Shown piece by piece: positions 11,487 to 25,030 of a stretch of DNA of 64,000 nucleotides (its first letter is position 1; each line of letters begins with the position of its first letter). The notes beneath the pieces are model-generated. The model did not search any database. It was not told the DNA's origin and saw nothing but the letters and a program-made list of their open reading frames with translations. The stretch is taken from the NCBI GenBank assembly GCA_951406725.2, contig OX597818.1, positions 61,504,001 to 61,568,000 on the forward strand, read 5' to 3'. The DNA comes from Octopus vulgaris. Lineage: Eukaryota. The position numbers and the translations under genes were made by a program.

Positions 11487-14289
11487 AATATATTTTGTTT
11501 CCACAATACATTGAGAAATTATTTATTAGTCCAATAATTCAGCACATGAATATGAAACTGTTGCAAACAATGCATTTAAGACATTTATAGGATATGAACG
11601 GTACTAATGAAAGTCTAATATAAAGAAAGTGGTATAAATAATGTAAAAAGAAAGAGTTGGAGATGCCTGAATAATTTATTGCAAGACTTTTGAAACTTCT
11701 GTACGCTGTTTTTCTTCTCTTTTTTTTTTTTCTCTCACCCCTCCACCTATAAATATTGCAAAATTACATCAATATACTATAAAACTATATACAATCTTGA
11801 AATTAGCTTAAATATCACCTCAGATCGAAGTAGCTTCTATAGACGAATGTAAAAATATAAAATCTCAACTTACACAATTTATTTAAGGTTTAAGATTTTT
11901 CTTTCTTTCTTATGAACAGTTTACTCATGTCTCTAGTACCAGCAACAGCATATAAAAAAAAAATAAAGCATAGCAGAGAGGAGGAATTGAAAGAGAGAGT
12001 TTAGAGAAGAAGAGAGATGTATAAGGGAAATTAAATGAGTATGTGAAAAGAGAAAGGAGAGAGATGAGAACTGAAAACCAATCAGAAACTCAACAGACTA
12101 AACCTAACCGATTCCTTATGTTACATTGCAACTTACACCACTTCAAGAATCCTCTTGAGTAACAGGGCTGCAGTTAAGTAAATTATAAAGATATTTTAAT
12201 CTAATTTTGGTAAAGACAACTAAAGATATTGAACTTATCTACACCAAGCATACACAATCATATTGTCAGCAATATATTTACAATCTATTTGTCTTCTCTT
12301 ATTTGACACTAACAAGACCCGTGTGTGAGTGTGAGTAATTCCTGAATATTTACAGTCATTACAATCTGTTCATAGATCAAGGAACTTATAAACTAGACTG
12401 ATATCACATAAGCATCACTAAACCTCATTTCATGATAAGCAGAGTTTGACACAGAACCTTAAACAGGCAATTGCTCAGTTTCAAAAACGGAAAAGGTAAA
12501 AATTATTTTCGTGATACAAAATCAAAAAGGGTGACATTATTCTAAACATAGCATCCTTGCTAAAGTAATACATACTCAATAGATGGGAGAAATGCAAAAT
12601 GTTGCCTGTATTCAAATCTGTAGATTTATGAAAGAGATGTCAAGCATGAAACAAAATGAATCCTTAAGAATATTAAACAAAGAACAGCGTTATATTCTGA
12701 TCAAAGAAACATCTGGAAATGTAGGACATGTATAGAGGGGAAAATATATGCCAATTATGTGCTGAGATTTCTATGACAGACAAATAACCATGGACTCTTG
12801 AAGCAAATTATTTCATCCTTTGTTCTCTGTGCATAAGGGTTCTGAATACCATTAATATGTTGGCATGCTTATATCTTCCTACCCTAATTCCAATATTATG
12901 AAAACCCAATATTGTTCTTATGATGCTTGAACCACCATTAATGCTGGTTTTCTTTTGATATCCATACCTACTAAATGTAAGGTTCCACCTGGTAAGAAGC
13001 TGGGTACGATCTTTAGTTTACATTCTTTGAAGATAAAACAAAACTGCGAGTGGGTGAGAATACATCAAATCTAATAATGTAGAATATAATTGAAAATGTT
13101 GGTTTTATAGAAATTATATAAAATAGCTTGGGAATTAACACTTTGCTGTTATGACTAATATCAAAGTTCCAATAAAAAACAAATTATAATTTGAATCATA
13201 AGTACAAAAAAGTTTGTATAAAAAGTGTGCTTAAAAAATTAAGCATATGACTGGAGAATCTGGTGATCAAAACAAAAATTCACAATATAAATAATAAAAA
13301 AACAAGGATTTGATTATAAAGCAATCAGCCATAAATCTAGAAATATAATATGTCAATCACACCCGACATATTAGTTATGCAAAAGCAATCAAATACCTGA
13401 CATGTTTAGAGGGTGTTGAAAACTGACAATATACGAGGTTGATTAAACTCATTACTTTATATATGAAATGTCCTTTTCATATTGCTTAATAACAAAAAAA
13501 TGGAAATAATGCTAACTGGCATTTTAATTTTTAAAAAGAGTAAAAAAAAAAATTTCTTCGCAATTAGTGTAAATTGTCTCACCAGATGCATAATAAATTT
13601 TTATAATTTTGATTATTTATTTAGTCATTTATTTGTTGTAACAATTCTTGCGTATTGTATGTGTGCACATGTGAATGTATTTAAAAGGAAAATTAAGACT
13701 TTCATACAATCTGTAAAAGATTTTGAAAATTATTTTTAAGTTCCTATAATTTTGCTTACTTCATCCTGTAGTTTAGACAAAAAAGGTCTTGATAAGGACA
13801 TATAGCTATCTAAAAGTAAGCTGAATAGTTCCAGAATTGTTTTTATATGACCGTGTTTTCAAATCGTATAATTGTACAAGTGAAATGCTAACTAAACTTT
13901 CTCATTGTGAATCCATTTATAATAAGGTAATGCCCAAGGTTTGACACCTTGAATTAATTAGCCATTAGTGATCATAGTAATAATTATCAAAAACAGTACA
14001 AGTACAGCTTCTTATTTTTTCCCTTACTCTTTACAATATTTAATCAATTACTAAGACAGGATAATATCAATAATTAAAATAATTAAAATTTAAAGGAACA
14101 TTGCTTTGTCTTGTCTGAATACCTAATTCATGGTTTACAATAGATGCTGAGCCCATTCTTAAACATTTGATATCTTACCATCCTAGCAACCATGCAAAAC
14201 ATCTGGTCATACAATAAGGACCCATCAACCTACATTTATTATTTAAAATAGAAGTGGTATTGAAGCCACCCTCAGATATGTTCTAGTGA

Positions 14290-14720
14290 TGTTGTCATCC
14301 ATCTCAGGCCTCCATACATCTTGCTAACTTACCACCAGTTTCTGCTTCAACATCTGCCTTTAGTATACTCATGAATGTTGGCTTGTGAGATGCCTTTTAC
14401 CTTTTATCCGAATGTGCTGAGTCTCATAGCCTCAGTTGGATGGACTGAAGCACCTGGTCTCTAGCAGTGAGAGGGCCAGCCTCATTACTATCACTGCTAT
14501 TTCTCACTTGACCCTGGTAACACCCCTATAAAGAGAATTGTTGAAGGTGTGTCTGTTCTGTTTGATGGTAAGTAATGTATGCAGCATTCTGGCATGGTAC
14601 CGAAACTGAGATTCCTACAGAGTAGGCATCAGGTTCCAGCATTCGCAACCATGTAGTAGAACAATCTCTACAATGGTACGGAAGCTGAGCTTGATACAGT
14701 CTTGTAAGCTGTCTTGAATG
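14290..14720 (-). pseudogene. Decayed RTE/RTE-X LINE ORF2 C-terminal region
   Basis: Minus strand LLHGCECWNL..HARMLHTLL..NNSLYRG..SEKIA..MRLA.HC resembles LLYGCEAWTL..YTRMLR..LYG.LP..S.KI..RRLRLAGHC. Confidence 0.6.
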
Positions 14721-15335
14721 ATTGTACAAAATATTATGCTAATCCCTTACTTTCTCTTATAACTTTGTTAAAAAACAAAAGTCTTAAACTAACGTATTCT
14801 ACCGAGCAATTTCATCCATAGCTGATAAGCCAATAAGAGAGCCTCTATGCAGTCAATTCACTTGAAATAGTAGCAAAGTATATTTTTTTTCCCAAATAAT
14901 ACTTAATGTCTTAAATACACATTGAACAGTATAGTCCTAGATATACAGTGAAGCAAGATGGTCGTGACCTTTTATTATGGTTTACTCTATAATGGCTGAT
15001 ATGAAGTTGAATTATAACCCAATCCATTACAGAGTCAATAATTTGTACATTCATCTTTTTTTAATCATTTTATACAAACTATGTATGTCTATATAGTATT
15101 TTTTTGAAGCTGGAAAGATTTCACTTCCACATAACCAATTATCAGTGAGTTGTAAGTATGCAGGCAATTTTCTCCACCTTGTTTCTAGACCTGTTTGTGT
15201 GTGTGTGTAATATATTTACTAATCACACACATGATATAAACCTAAGCTCTCCACACACATACAAACAGTAGAAAAAAAAACTAGGGTTTTGCATTCTTTA
15301 GTATGATAATAATCATGCAAATCACTGTACACATT

Positions 15336-15447
15336 CACCATCATCATTGCTGAACAGCTTTCCATGCTAGCATGGGTTGGACGGTTAGATGGAGGGCTGG
15401 CAAACTAGATGGCTGCACCAGGCTCAATTTGATCTGGCAACAATTTC
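15336..15447 (-). mobile_element. RTE LINE 3' end (family C), short
   Basis: (CAT)n, then ctttccatgctagcatgggttggacgg...ggctgcaccaggctc...gatctggca. Confidence 0.85.
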
Positions 15448-17060
15448 ATTTTTTTTTCAATTTATATTTTATGCACACACATGCAGATATTTATCTATGG
15501 AGTTCTCCCTTCGCTACATAAAGAACTACACCCGAAACCCATAAGTCTTCAGCATACAAGAATAACTAAGAATAATGAAATGCACACATATATAAGGAGT
15601 CACACAGGTAAACACACACAGGTAACCTCATGTGCACACACAAACACACGCACATACAGAAACTCTTCACTTACCCTCACCCTTTCCTCCTATACTTAGC
15701 AAACACACATCTACACACACACACATACACAGAGACATAAGACCAGTTCTCAGAGAAATGTAGAGCAGACCTGGAGCCAGAAGGAAAGTCACTGAAAAGG
15801 TCATGGACAGCAACAAAAGTACTTTGACTAAAGAACAACTAATTTGTTGTTTAAACAAGTACATTAAAAAAACAATTGATCAGCCAGCTGGTTAGATATT
15901 TAAACCAATTGACTAACAAGGAAAAATAGAATTGAACCTGTCCATGTTATTATGATTGGCATCATGACACTCCCAAGACACAATAAAATCTGTTTCAATA
16001 CATGAATCAACATCAAGAATCTTGCAAACCAAATACGAACATGATGTAAGATATTCTATCTTATTCTTATAATGAAAGGCAACTCCCTAACATTTCTACT
16101 ACAAATAATTGGAGAAAAGCTAAATATTCTCCACCCACTCTTCATAAATAGAAGATGTAAGAAATTGCTTCCAAGAAGAGGGTTGCTTTTGCCACTCTGT
16201 GCAAATTTGAGAAAGTAAAATGTGAGAAATGATACAGTGTCCTCAGTTGGAGCATTTTATTAAACACACATTTGAAAAAAACAAAAAATCTATATCCTGA
16301 GTGAAAAAATGACATCCTTCAAAGATATTTTATCAACACTGTAAAGAAGAAATATCCAAAGTAGGAATACATAAGAAATTGACAAAACTGTAGAATTTGC
16401 ACACAAAATATAAGACAAAATTAGGACAAAAAAAAAAAAAGCATTTTAATAATTGTTTCAGAAAACCAAAACAATTTACAATTTTTCTGTGTATTTAATT
16501 CTTAAGATTTTACATAGCTTTCGTATTTCATTTCTCAGAAGAAACGATACAGAGAAAAACAAAATGAAAAAAAAAAAAAACAAAAAAAAACCGGACAATG
16601 TATACCTCAATGGCAACTAACAATCTCGTTATTGTGAGTAAAAGTTTTACATTAACATGGAAAGTTGCTTCATATCAAAATCCAATTGAAAGACTTGAAC
16701 AAAAACACGAAATATCAATTTGCTTCAGTTCTTTACATACAGTTGGGGGAAAAAAAAAATAGCAAGAACATAAACTACTGCTATTTTTTTTCTTCTTGTC
16801 ATTTTATTGGTTTCATCACATAAAACATCCTCAACAAGTATTTTAATGCATCATCTGAAACAAAGACGCTGAACATATAGACTACTTACAACTTCTGGTA
16901 GGCGACAATATCAAGTGCATTACTCTAAATAGAAATACATTCAGAGAAACCTAACATTTTATCTAAACTGAATGTTAATTTACTGAGTTAAATTGACTCA
17001 GCATTGTAGTAAGTCAACAAGACACAGCCATTGTAAAGAAAACATTATTGCACCCCGCAC

Positions 17061-17903
17061 CTGATTTGAGAATGAGCAACGAGCAATTTGATTACTTACT
17101 ATTTTTTACACTCAGCGAGGATCTCTTATGGGCGACACATATCATGGAAGTACCAAAGACAGCTGAAGAAGCAGGGGTTACCAACGTCGCCTTACTGGCA
17201 CCTGTGCTGGTGGCATGTGTAGAATATTCGAGCATGGCCATTGCCAGTACTGCCTCACTGGCTCCCATATCGGTGGGACGTAAAAAGCACCCACTACACT
17301 CTCGGAGTGGTTGGCGTTAGGAAGAGCATCCAGCTGTAGAAACTCTGCCAGATCAAGATTGGAGCCTGATGCAACCATCTGATTTGAGAATGAGCAATGA
17401 GCAATTTGATTACGAACTATTTTTTACACTCAGTGAGGATCTCTTAAAAAGCACCCACTACACTCTCGGAGTGGTTGGCGTTAGGAAGAGCATCCAGCTG
17501 TAGAAACTCTGTAGAATGAGCAACGAGCAATTTGATTACGAACTATTTTTTACACTCAGTGAGGATCTCTTATGGGCGACACATATCCTGGAAGTACCAA
17601 AGACAGCTGAAGAAGCAGGGGTTACTAACGTCGCCTGACTGGCACCTATGCCGGTGGCATGTGTAAAAAGATTCAAGCAAGGTCGTTGCCAGTACCACCT
17701 CACTGGCTCCCATGCCGGTGGCATGTAAAAAGCACCCACTACACTCTCGGAGTGGTTGGCGTTAGGAAGAGTATCCAGCTGTAGAAACTCTGCCAGATCA
17801 AGATTGGAGCCTGGTGCAGCCATCTGGTTTGCCAGCCCTCAGTCAAAATCGTCCAACCCATGCTAGCATGGAAAGCGGATGTTAAACGATGATGATGATG
17901 ATG
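17061..17903 (+). mobile_element. Family-C element interleaved with three copies of a ~120-bp flank (complex rearrangement)
   Basis: U(17061-17179)-C(17179-17378)-U'(17379-17446)-C'(17446-17510)-U''(17513-17622)-C(17622-17903, GAT tail). Confidence 0.88.
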
Positions 17904-18744
17904 AGCTTTCTCTGGAAACCCACACACTGACATACAGGTACCATCAGACCACGAAAAGCATATATTGACTTGTGGAAGACACTAAATATCAGGTTGAGGT
18001 TAAGAAGACTGCAATGGAAGAGTTGGATAAGTTACCCAACAAGATAGATATTGCACTTCACAAACATTGCTTTCCCTCCTCAGTATCACAAAATACTTCA
18101 TCCACATCAACCTTTCTACCAAAAATTACTAACCACCCACAAGGCTCAGATAACACCCACAATGGAGAAGTGCTCTGAAAATTTGGTATGATGCTACTGC
18201 TACACATTAAGATATCTGAGCTAATAGGCCACTGAACTGAATGGCATGAAATTGCTCAAACACCATTCATCTGCTGGCCCAGAAATGTAGTTTCCTCTCT
18301 CAGAGGTACCTACTCTTTGGCACACTCTTCAATCATTATTCAAATTGAAATTTTTTCACCGCTGCACCAATCATTAAGCTCAGTCCTTTTCTTCCAGAAC
18401 ATCAGTCCCACAGAATTTCCTTCCTGCCTATGTTTTTCCTGCAGCCATCAACTTGCAACAATTCAAGTAGCATTCATGGTACCATTGTTGGAGGGCCATT
18501 AAAGACCATGTGAATAACCTCTTCCTCCAGAAATTCTAAATAAATGAAATTTACACAACAATGTAAATGAGACATTCTCCATGAGGTAATGTAAGAAAAA
18601 GAAAAAATTTTGCAATTAAAAAAAAGTTAATTTTTCAAATTCCTCTATAAATTATAAGGAAGAAATTAAGATTTATTATTTTTTTTTTTGGCATTTTTCT
18701 CTCATACATAAAGATGATGTGCAAGTGCAATTCTGAAATAATAG

Positions 18745-18800
18745 ACATATATATATATACATATATATACACACACACACACACATATATATATATGTAT
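18745..18800. repeat. TA/CA microsatellite
   Basis: Direct reading. Confidence 0.9.
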
Positions 18801-19729
18801 AAATTACACTATCAGTTATCTAGAAGTATGCATAAACCATTTTAAAATGTAGAAGAGTAAGTAATTATTTTACATTATAGTTATTAAATATTCAATAAAT
18901 CATTAAATAACAGATTCTAAAAGAAAAAAAAAAAAGGCAATTTGAATTCTGTGAATCAGATAGTGAATTCCGTGAATTAGATTTTGTGAATCAGATAATA
19001 GCTTATTAATGAGTTATTATGGAAATCCTCTTTCCATTACATATAATTTTCCTAACAGTAATATCTTAGTAAACTATAATTCTTAAAATGTAAGAATTTA
19101 TTCACTTTCCATTCCCATTCTGTAATTTTTATATGGAAGAAATGCAGTTTAAATTTGCACATAAATAGCTGAAGTAAATTCATGAACGACTGGATCATAT
19201 TAATAGTAAACCACACAAAATTTATGTGAAACATTTTCAGGGTGAAAAAAAAATATCTACATTAAATAAAATGAGAGTACATGATCAACAACAAAAAGGG
19301 ATGAAATTCTGATACATGTTGACACCTTTATCACCTCCAAATGGAAGAATCACATTATATTCAATACTAACTGCATTTTTGTCTTAGATAATTAATCCAA
19401 AGAACAGCTCATAAATTAAATAGATTAATTCAATATGTTGGATATATCTGTTAAAATGTGAAGTGCAGCACACTTTTTATAATTAAATTGATAAGATTAC
19501 CAGAAATTGAAGTAATATACATTCACACACATTTTTGAAAATGACTTTTACTATAGATACATGTTGATCGTTATCATGGAAATGGAATTTAGGAGGTAGA
19601 GATTATGCAGGCTTCTATCATGCACTTTTTTAGTGCATTTTTCTTCTCATGACCAGAAAAAGAGATTTACCTGACTTGTTTCAGAGATCACTTGGCCATT
19701 TTCTATCCACAGCCTCACATAGAAGCCCC

Positions 19730-20125
19730 AGCCCATCCAAAGTACCTTGGATCGCAGGACAGCCTGCTGTGTTTACCTTGGATCGTAGAGCGACCTGCTG
19801 TGTTGGAGGAGACCTATTGAGTCAAGTACATCAACATAAAAAAATCAAATGGATATTGTAGTTGTGATACCTGTGCCAGTGGCATGTAAAAAGCACCATC
19901 CAAATGTGGCCGATGCCAGCACCGCCATGACTGGCTTCTGTGCCGGTGGCATGTAAAAAGCACCCACTACACTCATGGAGTGGTTGGCATTAGGAAGGGC
20001 ATCCAGCTGTAGAAACACTGCCAGATCAGACTGGAGCCTGGTGCAGCCTCCTGGCTTCCCAGACCCCAGTCGAACCGTCCAACCCATGGAAAACGGACGT
20101 TAAACGACGATGATGATGATGATGA
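19730..20125 (+). mobile_element. RTE LINE 3'UTR (family C)
   Basis: Internal ~30-bp duplication taccttggatcg...ctgctgtgtt, two ggtggcatgtaaaaagcacc modules, ggaagggcatccagctgtagaaac, (GAT)n tail. Confidence 0.88.
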
Positions 20126-21197
20126 GAGATATTTTGTTAATGACATCATTACAGACTGATATATGTCTTTACAGTTTCACCAAAACTGTCACAAATTTTT
20201 AAGACATTCAAATAAGGATATTTCTAAAATGCTCTTCTTTTACTTCTCCAGCCATCCCCAGCAAAATGAACTTTTCTTTCTCCAATAGTGTCCTGACACT
20301 TAATCTTTCTTTACTGAGCTGTTCTTTCCAGAACACATTCAGAATGGCAAGAACCAGGCACATGAAGGGGCCATCTAGCATACTTTCAAACCTTTTGATT
20401 AGTGCAAAAACCAGTTGGAAAAACCATTAAGTAACTTGTTCAACTCCTCTGAAGCAGTTCGTTAAGAAATTCATTGAAAGCATAAAATTTCCATATTATG
20501 TTGAGGCTTAAGAGCTTCTTAAGCTTAGCTAATACATAGCTTCACATTTGCTTCCATAGATAGCTATTTATAATGTATACACACTCAGAATTGCATCAGA
20601 ACATCATTTGTATTCCAGTGCAAGCATTAGCCATGTAAATATATTAATAGTGCACTGAACAGCAATTTTTACAATAATTTTCAAATTCAAGTAACCCTAT
20701 AGAGATTTAAATTACATTCCATATATTTATGACCATGCATGTGTGTGTCCATACTAATACACTAATATAGTAATATACTAATATCAAATTCAATAGTGAC
20801 CAAAAGGTAACTTAACCATTTACTAAATATAGTTTGGCAAATATCTACCTCAGTGGATCAGCTAATACCTTTGAAAAGAGATTTAGTGTGACTACATATA
20901 TAAGGCCTAGTTAGAAGAAGAATAGCAATGATTTTTTTTTTGAGTTTCAAAGCCAGTAGAAAGGTAAAAAAAAACCCAAAAAACATAACAGCTTCAGGAA
21001 GTTTTGCATTAACATAGCTCATTATTGTCAGGCTAAAATTTGGATATGATTTGAATGCTTGCTAGAGTGGACCCAGTTAAATTAATTGGGGGGGCATGAG
21101 GTGATGGTGTTAAACAAATTGACAGACTATACTTACAACATAAAAATAAGTGTAGCTCATTACAGGATTTTGAACAGTTTTCATCTATTCAAAACTA

Positions 21198-21385
21198 TAA
21201 TAATAATAATAATAATGAAATTATTGTATATAGTGCTCAGGTGCACCACAGCTTGTCAAAAGTGTGTATAAAGCATATGCAGTAATGTACAAATGTCTGG
21301 GAAGTGAACAGTGTATGAGTCAGATACATGCTTGCGTGTGTATGGAGGAGAGAAAATCAGGTGTAGTGTTGGCGAATCTCAGAAG
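21198..21385 (-). mobile_element. Probable 5'-truncated LINE 3' end with (ATT)n tail
   Basis: (ATA)n run at 21198-21215 next to a more GC-rich segment; the tail architecture is typical of CR1/L2-type 3' ends. No second copy in the window. Confidence 0.4.
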
Positions 21386-22917
21386 ACACTTGGCCAACGG
21401 TTTGTACAAACTATGTTTGTGAAGAAAACCTCCACTTCACATAACGAAGCCTGTACCAATGGGACAACTTTGCTAATACAACATGGAATTTGAACTCCAG
21501 TAATTCACTTTATTTATATTTCTAAACTGTAGATTTTATCCTTTGTGAGGTCTTTTAACAATACAAAAGGCAGCACAAGCAAAATGAAACAATAATTGTT
21601 AGAGACGTGACACAAAGAAATCAATAGATAAGAATCAAATGCTTTCAATGCTTAATTTAGAAATTTCAAGCGAAGCATTCATTTATTTTGAAAATTTAAA
21701 GCATTAATTTGTGAACAATAGTGAATAACAGGTTGTATTTCATTCAACACACATTCATTAAACTTTTCATATCAACTTGAGATAAAGGGCACAGTATTAA
21801 ATTTAGATAAGGAACAACTGGGTTTGTACATGATAAAGTGATCATAAACATTATCACGGTTATAAATAAACCGAATAATAGCTGCTTTCATTTGCTTTGA
21901 CTAAATATAAAGTACCATTGGTCTAAACATCATATTCAGTTAGAATATTTGAGAGAATATAAAAGCAGAGGCTTTTATAATTGAGCAGTTAAACAGTAAA
22001 GACCACTACTATGTTAATGAAGATGGCTGCTAGATTATTCCATAGCAGGCTTTCTCTCTCTTTTTTCAACTTTTAGTAGTTTAGTCAGAGGAGGAAGAAT
22101 AGTACCACTACAGCAATGACTTTTCAGGCCCGCCCTAACTGGCAAATAAAGGGGGTAAATTATCTTTAAACTGGTCAGAATATTTGTGGCAGATGGCATG
22201 TGAAGGGCACCAGTGACCAAATGGCAACAGATTAAGTCTATTACCTAAGAATAGGAACATCCCTTAGAGCAATCTTCCACAATTTTAATCTTTACTTGCA
22301 AAGATATTGTGACAGAAGTCACTTTATCCAAGTTGCTGCCCATTGGAAATGAACCTGAAACCACAGTTGCAAATCAAACTTTGTAACCAGAGAGTCATAG
22401 CTTAATAACATACATGTAATCTGAGATCTAGCAAGAGCATAGTCAAGAATTATAACTTCTGCTGGAATTTAAAAAAAACATCCGTTGTTACCTTACAAAC
22501 TAGTAATGTATCTACAAGAAATATTGTGCTGTATGGCAATGAAACATGGGTAAAAATGAATAAACTACACCTATTCCTGTTGTATGCAAGACTGCTAACT
22601 GACAAGGAAATATAATGGCATCTCTATTGGGAAAAGGACAAAATGATGAATGGAAACATGCTTCAAGGTACTGACCAAAAATATAGAATATGAAAGCAGA
22701 GCATCAAAGACCGACAGCAGATTGATTATGTTGGTGTTGAGAATATTAGACTTTTATATATATATAAAGCATTCAAATAACTGAAGATAACTTCTTCCAT
22801 CCACCATGCAAGTATAAAAAGGTCATAAAATATCATGGTGATAGTGATGATGACTGAAAAAATTTCATCTTCATAAACCTATTGATTCTAAGATATATAT
22901 ATATATATATATATATA

Positions 22918-23309
22918 CTCTTTCACTTGTTTCAGCCATTTGACTGTGGCCATGCTGGAGCACTGCCTTTAGTAGAGCAAATCGACCACAGGACTTATTC
23001 TTTATAAGCCTAGTACTTATTCCATCAGCCTCTTTTGCCGAATCACTAAGTTACAGGGACGTAAACACACCAGCATCAGTTGTCAAGCGATGCTGGGAGG
23101 AGAAACACAGACACACAAACACACATATATATATATATATATACATACATACATATATATGACGGGCTTCTTTGAGTTTCACTCACAAGGCTTTGGTCGG
23201 TCCGAGACTATAGTAGAAGACACATGCCCAAGGTGCCACACAGTGGGACTGAACCCGGAACCACGTGGTTCGTAAGCAAGTTACTTACCACACAGCCACT
23301 CTTATGTCT
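22918..23309 (-). mobile_element. SINE family A next to a (TA)n tract
   Basis: Family-A sequence with a small internal deletion; (TA)n at 22893-22917. Confidence 0.9.
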
Positions 23310-24393
23310 ATATATTTAGCAGTTAAATTTCTAACATTTTGCTTAGTGGTAATCTAAAGTTTATCTTTGTTGAAGTGAAGGCTTGCATGGACTAACAACA
23401 ACCAATCCCAAGAATCCCAACAGCAGAGCAAGTAAATGCTCTAAACGAAGAGGATGCCACTTGAAACTGTAATAGACTGTTAGTGAACTCTGTAGTAGTT
23501 TCACCACCTGACACTGCCTGTTGCATTGTCCATGTACCTTAGAGAATGGTCCTGAAACCACAAGCTGTAGGTTAGTCCCTGGCCAGCTGAGAACCACCCC
23601 ATAACCAAATTCATGGACACACGAAACAGTTGACTCAGAATCTAGACTCGAACAGCTGTTTACATTTTACAAAGTGCTTTTTATGCTTTCCCACAAAGTC
23701 CACATGAACATTAATAAGAGGTGAGTCATGAGATATCAAAGCATCAAAGTCAAAAGAGACACAGATTTTATTCACTTCTTCCTTGGCTTTGTATTTCAGC
23801 AGAGAAACAATGTTTAAAAACAGTAATGATTGAAAATGAAAAAGTAAGAATTTGACTGCAGCATGTTCTGTCAATTAATATACATTTAATTCAAATTTAA
23901 AAAGTTTTGGGTTTATTATTTTTTTTTTAAATAACTTCTGATAAGAGAAACTAAATGCAAAAAAACAAAAGTTTAAAAAGCCATATTACTAACTAAACCC
24001 TTTGGCATTTTCTCCTCAGGTTGATTAATATTGATTAATACAAGCTCATGTGCGAGTGCATATTTATCAATGAGAATACAACGAGCATTTATAGTAATTT
24101 TTTTCAATGTTTCAAAACATGGAAATACGATTTTAATTAATAACATTCCTCAAGAGTTATTTTCGATGGCAAAAAATAATTTATACACCACAAACAGAAG
24201 TAGTATTGATACAAACAACAGAGCTAGTGGTGTAAAGTAATATTATGTGAGAAAATTAGCTCTTGCTGTCTTTATTTGCATGGTAGCACAGATTTTCACA
24301 AATGCATTCTCCTACAAGCTAATCTCACAGCCAAATTAGGTTTTGACACATGCATACACATATGTGCCCATATGCACATACATGCATATAGAC

Positions 24394-24668
24394 CATCATC
24401 ATCATAGTTTAACGTCTGTTCTCCATGATAGCATGGGTTGGACGGTTCGACCGGGGATCTGGGAAGCCACAAGACTGCACCAGGCTCCAGTCTTATCTGG
24501 CAATGTTTCTACAGCTGGATGCCCTTCCTAACGCCAACCACTCCATAGTGTAGTGGGTGCTTTTTACATGCCACCTGCACAGGTGCAAGGCGAGGCTGGC
24601 AACGGCCACGGTCGGATTGGTGCACTGGCTTCAGCCACGATTCAGATGGTGCTTTTTACGTGCCACTG
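24394..24668 (-). mobile_element. RTE LINE 3' end (family C)
   Basis: (CAT)n, gtttctacagctggatgcccttcctaacgccaaccactcc, gtgctttttacatgccacc modules. Confidence 0.88.
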
Positions 24669-24879
24669 TCATCATTTTAATATACACAATTCCAGGCTTA
24701 TATGGGCCAGATGGAATTCATTAAGTCACTACCTGTGACTTGTTTCCAAGCAAGATAATACACACCCACCCTGCCCCAGTCAAATACACTTTCATGGAAG
24801 ATTAGAAAGGTGTGGTGACATTACCTGCAGAACAGTGAGAATCATTTATAACTATCATGCAGCGAGACACAAACACACC

Positions 24880-25030
24880 CACACACTTACACACACCCAT
24901 GATGGGTTTCATACAATTTCCTGCATTTTAGGGCTCAGTCATAGAGCACTTTGCCAAAGTACAGAGTAATGGAGCTAAACCCTCAACCATGTAGGTGTAA
25001 AGTAAACTTTGGGGTCACACAGCCATACCT
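24880..25030 (-). mobile_element. Old degenerate SINE related to family A
   Basis: gatgggtttc..., agcactttgccaaagt...ggagctaaaccctcaaccatgt...cacacagccatacct resembles the reversed family-A head. Confidence 0.5.

Noticed and set aside
22520-22560. IVLYGNETWVK RTE-like motif
   Set aside because: Probably a very old LINE trace, but too short to set boundaries.
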